Made by a program: the position numbers and the translations under genes. The notes under the pieces are model-generated. The model ran no database searches, was not told the origin of the DNA, and saw only the letters and a program-made list of their open reading frames with translations. A stretch of 32,000 bases of DNA from Candidatus Saganbacteria bacterium (lineage in GTDB: Bacteria; Margulisbacteria; WOR-1; JAKLHX01), in NCBI GenBank assembly GCA_026387835.1, contig JAPLKZ010000011.1, positions 86,135 to 118,134 of the forward strand, in the 5' to 3' direction. Positions 16,161 to 25,758 of the stretch are shown in pieces; within the stretch, counting starts at the first letter, position 1, and every line of letters begins with the position of its first letter.

Positions 16161-18656
16161 ATGGCAATGTTCGAACGTTTTACGGAAAGGGCTGTCAGGG
16201 TCATAATGTCATCACAGGAAGAAGCAAGAAGACTGCTCTCGGTATCAGTAGGAACAGAGCACCTTTTGCTTGGGATGATAAAAGAAAAAGAACCCATCGT
16301 TTTGAAAACCCTCGAGTATTTTAGGCTTGATATAGCCCAAATAAAGAACAAGATAGAAGAAATGCTGAAAAATGAAAATCCAACCCATTCACCCGAGATA
16401 CCGTTTTCTGCCCAACTTAAGCGAAATATTGAACTTGCCTGGGATGAGGCCCGCCAGCTTGGTCATTCTTATGTAGGAGTCGAGCATCTGCTTATGGGTC
16501 TTTTAAGAGAAGGCAGCGGCATAGCCGGAAAAGTCCTTAATGATCTCGGAATAACCTATTCCGGGGCAAAAAACAGGATAATAGCGTTCCTGGGAGAGGA
16601 GACCTCTTTCCAAAGAAGAGGGGGAAGGGCCGCAACTGCGACGCCAGTGCTTGACAGCTTCAGCCGCGATCTTACGGCTTTTGCCAGGGAGAACAAACTT
16701 GACCCTGTAGTGGGCCGGGACAAGGAAATAGAAAGGGTTATACAGATACTTTCAAGAAGAAAAAAGAACAACCCTGTCCTTACCGGAGAAGCCGGAGTGG
16801 GGAAGACCGCAATCGTCGAAGGACTTGCCCAAAAGATCGTTTCTGGCGATATACCGCCGACCTTGATGAGCAAACGGCTTATGACCCTTGACCTCGGTCT
16901 TTTGATAGCGGGCACAAAATACAGGGGTGAGTTCGAAGAAAGGCTGAAAAGGATAATAGAAGAAGTACGCAAAGCTGATAATATCATCCTCTTTATTGAT
17001 GAACTGCACACGATAATCGGGGCCGGAGCCGCCGAAGGCGCTATGGATGCGGCCAATATGCTCAAACCCCCGCTGGCAAGGGGCGAGATGCAGTGTATAG
17101 GAGCGACCACTTTTGACGAATACAGGAAAAAGATCGAGGGAGATCCCGCCCTTGAGCGGAGGTTCCAGTCAGTAAAAGTAGATGAGCCCAGCGTGAAAGG
17201 CACGATAGAGATACTGAAAGGCTTAAGGCCCAAATACGAAGATTTTCATAAAGTGACAATAACCGATAAAGCGCTTGAATATGCCGCAAAGCTTTCCGCG
17301 CAATACATTATTGACCGGCATCTTCCCGATAAAGCGATAGACCTCATCGACGAGGCATCGGCAAAGGTCATGCTTAAATATATCAGTTCACCGCCGGAGC
17401 TCGTGGAGCTGAACAAAGAAATAGAGAATGTAAGAGGTGAAAAGGAAAATGCCGCCCGGCAGCAGCAGTTCGAAAAAGCCGCAGAGCTCAGGGACAAGGA
17501 GGAAAGGCTCCTTCTGGAATATCAATCAATGACACAGGACAAGATACCTTCCGATAAGGCTGGGCGTCCTACGGTCGATGAAGAATCGATAGCCCATGTC
17601 GTCTCTTCATGGACAGGGGTCCCGGTCACGCAATTGAGCGAGGAAGAGACAAAAAGGCTGCTTAAGATGGAAGAAGAGCTAAAAAAACATATTGTGGGAC
17701 AGGAAGAAGCGATCGTTTCCCTGTCAAAATCCATCAGGCGTTCAAGGGCGGGACTAAAGAACCCTCACAGGCCTATAGGATCGTTCCTTTTTATGGGGCC
17801 TTCGGGTGTCGGCAAGACGGAGCTTGCAAAAAGGCTTGCGGAGTTCATGTTCAACGACATTGAAGCAATGGTGAGGGTCGACATGTCCGAATATCTCGAA
17901 TCACATACTGTCTCCAGGCTTGTGGGGTCCCCTCCGGGTTATGTGGGATTCGGAGAAGGCGGTCAGCTGACAGAACCGGTCAGAAGAAGGCCGCATTCGG
18001 TCGTTCTTCTTGACGAGATCGAAAAAGCAAACCAGCAGGTCTTGAACATACTCCTTCAGGTCCTTGACGACGGAAGGCTCACGGATGCCCAGGGACGCGA
18101 AGTGGATTTCAGGAACACGATAGTGATCATGACATCTAATATCGGGGCGGAACATATAAGAAAAGAATCAACATTCGGGTTCGTGACGCGTGATGACGCG
18201 AGTGCCGGCTACGACAGGATGAAGGAAAAGATTCTTGAAGAAATGAAGAAAGATTTCAAGCCGGAGTTCCTGAACAGGATAGACGAGTCGATAGTGTTTC
18301 ATCCGCTCTCAAAGGAAGACCTTCTGCAGATAGTTGACATCATGATGCGGGAGGTAAATCAAAGGATAGAAGACAAGGGCATCACCGTGGAACTGAACGA
18401 AAAGGCAAGGCAGCTTCTTGCCGAAAAGGGCTATGACTCTAAACTCGGGGCTCGGCCTCTGCGCAGGGTGATCGAAAATAATATCGAAGAACCTCTGGCA
18501 GAAGGATTGCTCAGCGGCGAGTTCACCCAAAACAGCATTATAAAAGCAACTGTCAAAGAAGACAAGATAATATTTTCATCAAAACAAGCCAAAAAAAAAG
18601 CCGCAAAGGAAAAAACAGCATCCCCTCAGGAAGAGCTTGAGACCGCCGGAAAATAA
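16161..18656 (+). CDS. clpC: ATP-dependent Clp protease ATP-binding subunit ClpC
   Basis: 831-aa ORF with a double Clp_N repeat and two AAA+ modules (GEAGVGKT, GPSGVGKT). It also has a UVR-like linker (QQQFEKAAELRDKE) and a ClpP-loop-like FGF. Confidence 0.95.
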   Translation: MAMFERFTERAVRVIMSSQEEARRLLSVSVGTEHLLLGMIKEKEPIVLKTLEYFRLDIAQIKNKIEEMLKNENPTHSPEIPFSAQLKRNIELAWDEARQLGHSYVGVEHLLMGLLREGSGIAGKVLNDLGITYSGAKNRIIAFLGEETSFQRRGGRAATATPVLDSFSRDLTAFARENKLDPVVGRDKEIERVIQILSRRKKNNPVLTGEAGVGKTAIVEGLAQKIVSGDIPPTLMSKRLMTLDLGLLIAGTKYRGEFEERLKRIIEEVRKADNIILFIDELHTIIGAGAAEGAMDAANMLKPPLARGEMQCIGATTFDEYRKKIEGDPALERRFQSVKVDEPSVKGTIEILKGLRPKYEDFHKVTITDKALEYAAKLSAQYIIDRHLPDKAIDLIDEASAKVMLKYISSPPELVELNKEIENVRGEKENAARQQQFEKAAELRDKEERLLLEYQSMTQDKIPSDKAGRPTVDEESIAHVVSSWTGVPVTQLSEEETKRLLKMEEELKKHIVGQEEAIVSLSKSIRRSRAGLKNPHRPIGSFLFMGPSGVGKTELAKRLAEFMFNDIEAMVRVDMSEYLESHTVSRLVGSPPGYVGFGEGGQLTEPVRRRPHSVVLLDEIEKANQQVLNILLQVLDDGRLTDAQGREVDFRNTIVIMTSNIGAEHIRKESTFGFVTRDDASAGYDRMKEKILEEMKKDFKPEFLNRIDESIVFHPLSKEDLLQIVDIMMREVNQRIEDKGITVELNEKARQLLAEKGYDSKLGARPLRRVIENNIEEPLAEGLLSGEFTQNSIIKATVKEDKIIFSSKQAKKKAAKEKTASPQEELETAGK

Positions 18657-19999
18657 TGAGTAAATTTGCCTGCCAAAATTGCGGAGCGATGTCCCCTTCA
18701 TGGGTCGGGAAATGCAGCGAGTGCGGGCAATGGAACACCTATGTCGAAGAAAAGACAAAAGCCAAAAACCAAAAGTCAAAAGGGAAAGGCCATGAAAGGC
18801 AGATCATATCGCCGGTAGATATAGGAAGCGTCAGGATAGAAAAAGAAAACAGGTTTTCAAGCGGGATAGGGGAGTTTGACAGAGTGCTCGGAGGCGGAGT
18901 TCTGAAAGGGGCTGCTATTCTCGTAGCCGGAGAACCGGGGATCGGGAAATCGACGATGATGCTTCAGCTTTCGGCCTCGCTCTCAAAAAGCGGGAAGGTC
19001 CTTTATGTCAGCGGCGAAGAATCTTCATCACAGATAAAGTTCAGATCGGAACGGCTTAGCATAAAATTTGGGCAACTTCTGTTACTCACGAACACCGTGC
19101 TTTCCGAGATCGAAGACCAGATAGATAAACTGAACCCAAGCGTTATTATCATTGATTCCATACAAACTATAGAGAGCGAGGAGGTCGAATCAAGCGCAGG
19201 CTCGGTCTCTCAGGTGAAAGAATGTGCTGCCAGGCTTGTCCAAACAGCGAAAGAGAAGAATATCCCGGTTTTCATCGTAGGCCAGGTGACAAAGGACGGA
19301 TCCGTAGCGGGGCCCAGGATACTGGAGCATATGGTTGATACTGTCCTTTATTTTGAAGGAGAGCAGAACAAAAATTACAGGATACTGCGCGCGGTAAAGA
19401 ACAGGTTTGGCTCTACTAACGAGATCGGCATCTTTGAAATGACATCAAAAGGTCTCGAGGAAGTATTGAACCCTTCGAAACTTCTTCTGGACGAAGGGTC
19501 AGCCGGCTCCCCCGGTTCCGCTATCACTGTCGCCATGGAAGGCAGCAGGCCATTAGCCGTGGAGATCCAGGCCTTGAACAGTCCTTCAAAAATGGCCGTT
19601 CCGAGAAGGGTTGTCACCGGTTTGGACTATAACAGATGTTCGATGATAATCGGTGTGCTTGAAAGAAAAGCAGGCATCAGACTGAGCGAACAGGAAATTT
19701 ACATGAGCGTTGCTTCAGGTATATACGTGGACGAGCCGGCGGCGGATCTTCCAGCCGCGTGCGCGATTGTCTCGTGTGTAAAAAATAAGGCAGTGGACCC
19801 AAAGACGGTCATAATAGGGGAGATCGGTTTGACCGGTGAAATAAGATCAGTCCCTCACATAGAGAAAAGGCTGCAGGAAGCAAAAAAACTCGGATTTACA
19901 AAAGCCGTATTTCCAAAAGGCAACTCGACTGCAATTCCAGGGATGAAATCGGTCATAGTATCCAATTTGAAAGAAGCGGTAAGCACCTTGTTCGAATAG
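18656..19999 (+). CDS. radA: DNA repair protein RadA/Sms
   Basis: Zinc finger CQNCGAMSPSWVGKCSECGQW, Walker A GEPGIGKST, KNRFG motif and a Lon-like C-terminal domain. The ATG overlaps the clpC stop (TAATG). Confidence 0.95.
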   Translation: MSKFACQNCGAMSPSWVGKCSECGQWNTYVEEKTKAKNQKSKGKGHERQIISPVDIGSVRIEKENRFSSGIGEFDRVLGGGVLKGAAILVAGEPGIGKSTMMLQLSASLSKSGKVLYVSGEESSSQIKFRSERLSIKFGQLLLLTNTVLSEIEDQIDKLNPSVIIIDSIQTIESEEVESSAGSVSQVKECAARLVQTAKEKNIPVFIVGQVTKDGSVAGPRILEHMVDTVLYFEGEQNKNYRILRAVKNRFGSTNEIGIFEMTSKGLEEVLNPSKLLLDEGSAGSPGSAITVAMEGSRPLAVEIQALNSPSKMAVPRRVVTGLDYNRCSMIIGVLERKAGIRLSEQEIYMSVASGIYVDEPAADLPAACAIVSCVKNKAVDPKTVIIGEIGLTGEIRSVPHIEKRLQEAKKLGFTKAVFPKGNSTAIPGMKSVIVSNLKEAVSTLFE

Positions 20000-20000
20000 T

Positions 20001-20282
20001 CTATCTGTCTTTTGCCTGAAGCTCTCTTTTTAGCTCATTTGAAAAAGACGAATATATTTTTTCGGAAATGAATTTGCGCGCGGCAACCGGAAGTTTACCG
20101 AACACAGAATCGCCGTCAACGGCGCTCCTGGCTTCGTTGAGAAGTTTAGATATGGTCCTCTCCTGAGGACCTGTTTTATTTGAAGTTCGCATATTATTTA
20201 CTTTCCCTGCTATACCAGCTGCTATCATCTTTTGTCTCTCCTTGGCGGTCAGGTGATCTTTATTTATTAAAAGGAAGGTCAA
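20001..20282 (-). CDS. Hypothetical basic 93-aa protein (no family recognised)
   Basis: TTG start (20282-20280) is preceded by GGGGAGG 8 nt upstream. It is the last gene of the rplU...dapB co-directional cluster. Confidence 0.5.
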   Translation of the reverse strand: MTFLLINKDHLTAKERQKMIAAGIAGKVNNMRTSNKTGPQERTISKLLNEARSAVDGDSVFGKLPVAARKFISEKIYSSFSNELKRELQAKDR

Positions 20283-20365
20283 CAGGCAAGCCTCCCCTTC
20301 AATTAATTATCGGACACAAAATACCGAAATTTCAGTAAAAATAGAAAATACGAGGGGATATTCTT

Positions 20366-21100
20366 TTACAGGATATTTTCAAGCCCGCAGACAAGCCCGT
20401 CAAGTCCCGCGACTTTTTTTACAGCAAGCATGACTCCGGGCATGAAAGATTCCCTGCTGACAGTGTCGTGCCTGATCGTGAGGGTCTGTCCAAGACCGCC
20501 AAATATCACTTCCTGGTGGGCAACAAGGCCGGGCAGTCTTACGCTGTGTATAGGAACAGATCTGCCGGAGGTTTTTTTCATCATCTCGGAAGTCTTTAAA
20601 GCAGTGCCGGAGGGCGCATCGATCTTCAGGTCATGATGAAGCTCTATTATTTCCGCCTTAGGCAAGAATTTTGAAGCTTCGACCGAGAACTTCATCATGA
20701 GTACCGCTCCGATAGCAAAGTTCGGGGCTATCAGCGCGTTGACAGAGTTTTTTTTGCATATCGATCCAATTTCTTTTATGTCCGACTCAGAAAGTCCCGT
20801 TGTGCCGATCACCGCATGAGCCTTATTTTCCAATATGGTTTTTGAGTTCATAAGAGCAGTTTTAGGGAGCGTAAAATCAATGACGACCGCGGTGCCCGTA
20901 TCTTTTATCGCCTTCGCAAGGTCGCTGCCGACCGTGATATTTATTTTTCCGATCCCGGCTATCTCTCCTATATCAGAACCTACATTGACGATGTCAACAG
21001 CCCCGACAAGTTTAAGGTCGGGCTCGTTCATCACAGCTTTCACGATCTCCCGGCCCATCTTGCCGCAGGCGCCGTTAACAAGGGTTTTTATTTTGCCCAT
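20366..21100 (-). CDS. dapB: 4-hydroxy-tetrahydrodipicolinate reductase
   Basis: 244-aa ORF with an N-terminal GACGKMGREI dinucleotide fold and ELHHDLKIDAPSGTA. Confidence 0.9.
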   Translation of the reverse strand: MGKIKTLVNGACGKMGREIVKAVMNEPDLKLVGAVDIVNVGSDIGEIAGIGKINITVGSDLAKAIKDTGTAVVIDFTLPKTALMNSKTILENKAHAVIGTTGLSESDIKEIGSICKKNSVNALIAPNFAIGAVLMMKFSVEASKFLPKAEIIELHHDLKIDAPSGTALKTSEMMKKTSGRSVPIHSVRLPGLVAHQEVIFGGLGQTLTIRHDTVSRESFMPGVMLAVKKVAGLDGLVCGLENIL

Positions 21101-21111
21101 ATTCCACCTCC

Positions 21112-22374
21112 TTATATCGAGATCTTCTTTATCGGCAGTTCTTTAAAATCACCGATGACTACCAGATTTAAATATTTATCGATAAAATGCAGGTTTGCTA
21201 TCCTTATTATATCTTCCATGCTCACTGAATCTATCTTTTCAAAGATCTCGTCGATGGGAACAATTCTACCATAGTAAAACAATGATTTTCCTGTGTAATT
21301 CATACGGCTGTTACTTGTCTCAAGGGCAAGCACAAGAGACCCTTTGAGGAACTCTTTTGCTCTTGACATCTCCTCGTCCGTGATCCCGTTCTTTTTGATG
21401 CCAGAGAGTTCTTTGACCGTAAGTTCTATCACCTGCTCGAAATTCTTCGGACTTGCTCCTGCATAGATGCCAAAAAGCCCTACGTCCTTAAACCCCTGGT
21501 TAAACGAATAAACAGAATAGACCAAAGCCCTTTTTTCCCTGATCTCCTGGAACAGTCTGGAGCTCATCGAACCGCCGAGAGCGTTATCGAGTATCGCGCA
21601 GACATACCTGTCTTCATCGTTCTGTGACGAACCCTTCGTGCCGAGGATGATATGGGCTTGTTCGGTCTTTTTTACCTTGAGCTTGATATTAGAACTGATT
21701 TCGGGAATATTTTCGGTTTTAATGGATTTGTTGCCGGCAAATGAAGAAAAGATACCGTTCAATGTATCAAGTACCATCTTTTTATCTATCCGGCCGGCTA
21801 CCGAGATGATCAGATTGTCGGGCGTATAAAGTTCTTTTCTATAAACCGATATCTTTTCCCTGTTAATATCTTTTACGGTCTTTTCTTCGCCTAAGATAGA
21901 ATTCCCGAGGTTGTGATGGTGAAGTATCGTTGAAGCAAAGATGTCGTGTATCTGCTCGTCAGGCGTGTCCTCGTACATCTTGATCTCTTCAAGGACTACG
22001 TTCCTTTCCATGTCCAGGTCCTTTTCAAGGTAAAGGGAGTCCAGGAAAATATCGCCCAGCACATCGGCGGCGACATTGAAATATTTATCCTGCACAACGG
22101 CATAATAGACCGTATACTCTTTTCCGGTGAACGCGTTCAGCCTGCCTCCGACGCGGTCGAGTGCCTGGGCGATCTCAAAGGCCGACCTTTTTTTGGTGCC
22201 CTTGAAGGTCGTGTGTTCTATGAAATGGGATATCCCCATGACGTCTTTATTTTCCGTTATCGAGCCGGCCCCGACGGTCAGGCCTATGCTTACCGAGCGA
22301 AGGTGAGGCAACTCTTCAATAGCGACTTTGATGCCGTTCTCTAAAATATCTATATCGGCGTTTGGGATTTTCAT
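21112..22374 (-). CDS. M16 family zinc peptidase (pitrilysin-like)
   Basis: 420-aa ORF with the inverted zinc motif HFIEHTTFKGT (HxxEH) and a two-domain M16 length. Confidence 0.85.
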   Translation of the reverse strand: MKIPNADIDILENGIKVAIEELPHLRSVSIGLTVGAGSITENKDVMGISHFIEHTTFKGTKKRSAFEIAQALDRVGGRLNAFTGKEYTVYYAVVQDKYFNVAADVLGDIFLDSLYLEKDLDMERNVVLEEIKMYEDTPDEQIHDIFASTILHHHNLGNSILGEEKTVKDINREKISVYRKELYTPDNLIISVAGRIDKKMVLDTLNGIFSSFAGNKSIKTENIPEISSNIKLKVKKTEQAHIILGTKGSSQNDEDRYVCAILDNALGGSMSSRLFQEIREKRALVYSVYSFNQGFKDVGLFGIYAGASPKNFEQVIELTVKELSGIKKNGITDEEMSRAKEFLKGSLVLALETSNSRMNYTGKSLFYYGRIVPIDEIFEKIDSVSMEDIIRIANLHFIDKYLNLVVIGDFKELPIKKISI

Positions 22375-22412
22375 TTTTATTGGCGCTGAAGACGTTCAGT
22401 AATCACTTCAAC

Positions 22413-23027
22413 TTATCTATAAAGTCCCTTCTTGTTGATATATCTCAAAACCGCCTTAGGGATCATTCTATCAATATTCTTCCCCTTTTTCATTCTTTCC
22501 CTGATATCGCTTGAAGAAAGGTCCATCTTAAGTTCGAATAGTTCCACCTTGTCTTTATTGATGCTGATAGGGGGGAACTTCATTATTCTTCTGAAAGTGC
22601 GCAGCTTTGACCCCGGCCTGGTCGCTATTAAAAATTGGCAGAGTTTAAAAAGCTCCAGCGGTTTTTTCCAGCTGAGGATGCTGTTTATCGAATCAAGTCC
22701 CATAATATAGAACAATTTCGTTTCGCTTCCGAAGCGCCTCTTTAATTTTTTGAAAGTGTCAATGGCATACGAGTAACCTTTTCTATCGATCTCTATCCGT
22801 GAGACGGTGAACTTTTTGCGGCCTTTTAAGGCGAGGCGGACCATCTTCATCCTGGCCTGTTTCGGGGCAAGGTCCTTATCGCTTTTGTGCGGGGGAAAGC
22901 CTGTCGGGACAAATATTACCGTTTCAAGGCCGAATTCTTTTACCGCTTTTTTTGCGAGTGCGATGTGGCCGTTGTGGACAGGATTGAAAGTCCCGCCGAG
23001 GATGCCGACCCTTTTCAAACCCTGCAC
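22413..23027 (-). CDS. nadD: Nicotinate-nucleotide adenylyltransferase
   Basis: 204-aa ORF with GILGGTFNPVHNGH (the (T/H)xGH motif) and the C-terminal SSSDIR. Confidence 0.9.
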   Translation of the reverse strand: MQGLKRVGILGGTFNPVHNGHIALAKKAVKEFGLETVIFVPTGFPPHKSDKDLAPKQARMKMVRLALKGRKKFTVSRIEIDRKGYSYAIDTFKKLKRRFGSETKLFYIMGLDSINSILSWKKPLELFKLCQFLIATRPGSKLRTFRRIMKFPPISINKDKVELFELKMDLSSSDIRERMKKGKNIDRMIPKAVLRYINKKGLYR

Positions 23028-24265
23028 TGCCCGTTCCCTTCGACAATATATTTATAGGTTGTAAGCTCTTTCAGTCCCATCGGGCCACGCGCGTGTAGTT
23101 TTTGGGTGGAAATTCCTATTTCCGCGCCAAAACCGAACTCGCCGCCGTCAGTAAATCTTGTGGAAGCGTTCACGTACAACGCGGCTGAATCTATTTTTGA
23201 TGTGAAGGCTTTTGCCTTTTCCGCATCTTTCGTAAGTATTGTTTCGCTGTGGTGCGAGCCGTATTTTGATATATGTTCTATCGCTTCATCAAGTCCGCTG
23301 ACGACCTTTACCGCAAGTATCAGGTCCAGATATTCAGTGTACCAATCTTTCTCGACAGCGTTTTTTACCAATTTATCGATAGCTTTGGTCTTTTTGCATC
23401 CTCTGATCTCGACTCCCGTGGCTTTAAGGCGTTCGAGCATCTTCGGTAGAAAGACTCCGGCTATTTTTTCATCCACAAGCAGCGTTTCGATGGCATTACA
23501 AACCGAAGGACGCTGGACTTTGGCGTTGAACACGACATCCTCTGCCATTTTAAGATCGGCACTTTCCTCGACATAAGCGTGGCAGTTGCCGACCCCGGTC
23601 TCTATGACAGGGACCCTGGAATTTTCAACGACCATATTGATCAATCCTGCGCCGCCCCTGGGGATCACGCAGTCGATGTATTGCCGGAGGCCGAGAAGGT
23701 CTTTTACAGCGGACCTTTCCGTTGTTTTTATGAATTCTATCGAACTTTTTGGAAGACCGGCTGAGGACGCCGCGTCCGATATTATTTTTGCGATGCAGGA
23801 ATTCGTATTTACCGCGTCACTTCCGCCGCGCAGGATGACGCAGTTGCCAGCTTTGATGCAAAGGCCGGCCGCGTCAACCGTCACGTTGGGACGGGCTTCA
23901 TATATTATCGCTATCGTCCCGATCGGCACGCGGACTTTTTTTATCCTGAGGCCGTTAGGCCTGGTCCATTCTTCAATGACCTCTCCGACAGGGTCGGGAA
24001 GGCCGATCACAATATCAAGCCCTTTGCACATCTCATCGATCCTTTTTTGGTCCAGTGCGAGTCTGTCTATAAGTGCGTTTGAAAGGCCTTTTCTGATGCC
24101 GGACTTAACATCCTTTTCATTTGCCGACATGATCCCGGCGGAGTTTTCCTTAAGAGCCTCTGCCATCTTTTTCAATGCCGCGTTCTTTTTTCCGGCAGGG
24201 GCTACTGCAAGGAGCCGCGCCGCCAGAGCAGCATTTTTAGCTTTTATTTCCGTTTCTTTTTTCAC
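23015..24265 (-). CDS. proA: Glutamate-5-semialdehyde dehydrogenase
   Basis: 416-aa ORF of ALDH-like fold with VIPRGG and NASTRFTDGGEFGFGAEIGIST. GTG start. Confidence 0.95.
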   Translation of the reverse strand: MKKETEIKAKNAALAARLLAVAPAGKKNAALKKMAEALKENSAGIMSANEKDVKSGIRKGLSNALIDRLALDQKRIDEMCKGLDIVIGLPDPVGEVIEEWTRPNGLRIKKVRVPIGTIAIIYEARPNVTVDAAGLCIKAGNCVILRGGSDAVNTNSCIAKIISDAASSAGLPKSSIEFIKTTERSAVKDLLGLRQYIDCVIPRGGAGLINMVVENSRVPVIETGVGNCHAYVEESADLKMAEDVVFNAKVQRPSVCNAIETLLVDEKIAGVFLPKMLERLKATGVEIRGCKKTKAIDKLVKNAVEKDWYTEYLDLILAVKVVSGLDEAIEHISKYGSHHSETILTKDAEKAKAFTSKIDSAALYVNASTRFTDGGEFGFGAEIGISTQKLHARGPMGLKELTTYKYIVEGNGQCRV

Positions 24266-24298
24266 AGGATCACCATATCAAGTCCCCCCGGTCTTTTT

Positions 24299-25093
24299 TT
24301 ATTTTTTATGAGATTTTGGTATAAATAGAGTCCCGATATTTTCCCCGCTCAAGATCCTTTTTACGACATCTTTTTCTTTGCTGAGCGCAATGACCAAGGG
24401 TATCCCGGCGTTCCCCGCGATAGCTGCCGCCCTGAGCTTAGTTTGCATTCCGCCGATTCCAAATGACGAATCCGAACCTTTGGCGGCCTTTTCTACCTCT
24501 TTAGTGATCTTATTGATCTCGGAAAGGACCGTTCTGTCCTTGATGAACCCCTCCACATTGCTCAGGATAACTAAAAGGTCGGCGTCCGCAAGGTCGGCCA
24601 CCAAAGCCGACAGGGTATCGTTATCTCCAAACTTTATCTCATCGACCGAAACTGTGTCGTTCTCGTTTATTATGGGGATGGCCTTGAATTTTAAAATTTG
24701 CCTGATCGTGTTCCTTGAATTTATGCGGCGCTGGAAGTTCTCGATCGCGTCCCGGGTCAAAAGCACCTGCGATACCGTGATCCCGAAAGAGGCAAAGTTT
24801 TTTTCATATTCTTTCATCAGAAGAGGTTGTCCGATGGCTGCGGCAGCCTGTTTTTCTTCAATAGTCTTAAGAGAACCTTTATGGGAAAGCTTCTGTGATC
24901 CCGCCGCGATCGCGCCGGAAGTTACCACTATAACCTTTTTGCCGAGGTCCTTTATCAGATAAGAGATCTCTTTTGAGAGTTTTTTGAAAAGCCTGGAGTC
25001 AAGCCGGCCAGTACTGTCCGTGAGCGAGCTGGTCCCTATCTTGATGACGATCAAGGCGGCATCGGATAATGTTTGGCGAGAAAAAGTTGCCAT
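24299..25093 (-). CDS. proB: Glutamate 5-kinase (short form without PUA domain)
   Basis: 264-aa ORF with amino-acid-kinase motifs IVIKIGTSSLT and VVTSGAIAAG. It lies directly upstream of proA. Confidence 0.9.
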   Translation of the reverse strand: MATFSRQTLSDAALIVIKIGTSSLTDSTGRLDSRLFKKLSKEISYLIKDLGKKVIVVTSGAIAAGSQKLSHKGSLKTIEEKQAAAAIGQPLLMKEYEKNFASFGITVSQVLLTRDAIENFQRRINSRNTIRQILKFKAIPIINENDTVSVDEIKFGDNDTLSALVADLADADLLVILSNVEGFIKDRTVLSEINKITKEVEKAAKGSDSSFGIGGMQTKLRAAAIAGNAGIPLVIALSKEKDVVKRILSGENIGTLFIPKSHKK

Positions 25094-25101
25094 AAGAGGT
25101 G

Positions 25102-25344
25102 TCAGGCCGGGACTATGCTGACTTTTCTATTGCTTCCGAAAACGACCTTGCCGCCTGTAAGTGCGAAGAGAGTATCGTCTTTGCCGATGCCGACCCCTAC
25201 GCCCGCCTTGAATTTGGTCCCTCTTTGCCTGAGTATGATAGAGCCCGCGTTGATGGTCTCCCCGCCGTAGGCTTTCACGCCGAGCCTCTGGCCGTTAGAG
25301 TCTCTGCCGTTACATGAAGTCCCTCCGCCTTTTTTATGTGCCAT
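25102..25344 (-). CDS. rpmA: 50S ribosomal protein L27
   Basis: [24 protein letters not shown]..., 80 aa, with no N-terminal propeptide. Confidence 0.95.
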   Translation of the reverse strand: MAHKKGGGTSCNGRDSNGQRLGVKAYGGETINAGSIILRQRGTKFKAGVGVGIGKDDTLFALTGGKVVFGSNRKVSIVPA

Positions 25345-25363
25345 GTCTGTTCTCCTAAAATAG

Positions 25364-25675
25364 TCAGGTTGATATTTTTTCGACCTGAAGCCTTGTATAC
25401 TTCTGACGGTGCCCGATCGTCCTGTGGTAATTGATCTTGTTCTTATATTTGAAAGAGACGACCTTTTTATCCTTTATCTCATCAAGGACTTTGCTCTCGA
25501 CGGTGGCGCCTTTTACATACGGAGTGCCGATCTTTATCGCATCATCATCCGAAACGAGCAATACCTTGTCAAACGCCACGGTCTCGTCTTTTTTTAAAGC
25601 AAGAAGTTCGACATCTATTACAGATCCCGGACCGACTTTATATTGTTTATTGCCGGACTCGATTATCGCGTACAT
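25364..25675 (-). CDS. rplU: 50S ribosomal protein L21
   Basis: [14 protein letters not shown]..., 103 aa, upstream of rpmA. Confidence 0.95.
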   Translation of the reverse strand: MYAIIESGNKQYKVGPGSVIDVELLALKKDETVAFDKVLLVSDDDAIKIGTPYVKGATVESKVLDEIKDKKVVSFKYKNKINYHRTIGHRQKYTRLQVEKIST

Positions 25676-25684
25676 TATGATATA

Positions 25685-25713
25685 AATATATCAAAAAAAA
25701 ATGCCCTTGTCAA
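25685..25713 (-). promoter_or_regulatory. Candidate rplU promoter (predicts a near-leaderless mRNA)
   Basis: Minus strand reads TTGACA (25713-25708) - 17 nt - TGaTATATT (25693-25685), then 9 nt of A/T with no SD to ATG 25675. Confidence 0.45.
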
Positions 25714-25735
25714 CGAGAGCGTATTTTGCTATAAT
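25707..25735 (+). promoter_or_regulatory. Candidate infC promoter
   Basis: TTGTCA (25707-25712) - 17 nt - TGcTATAAT (25727-25735). The -35 overlaps the rplU -35 on the other strand. Confidence 0.55.
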
Positions 25736-25758
25736 CTCAAATAATCGGAGGCACAGAC

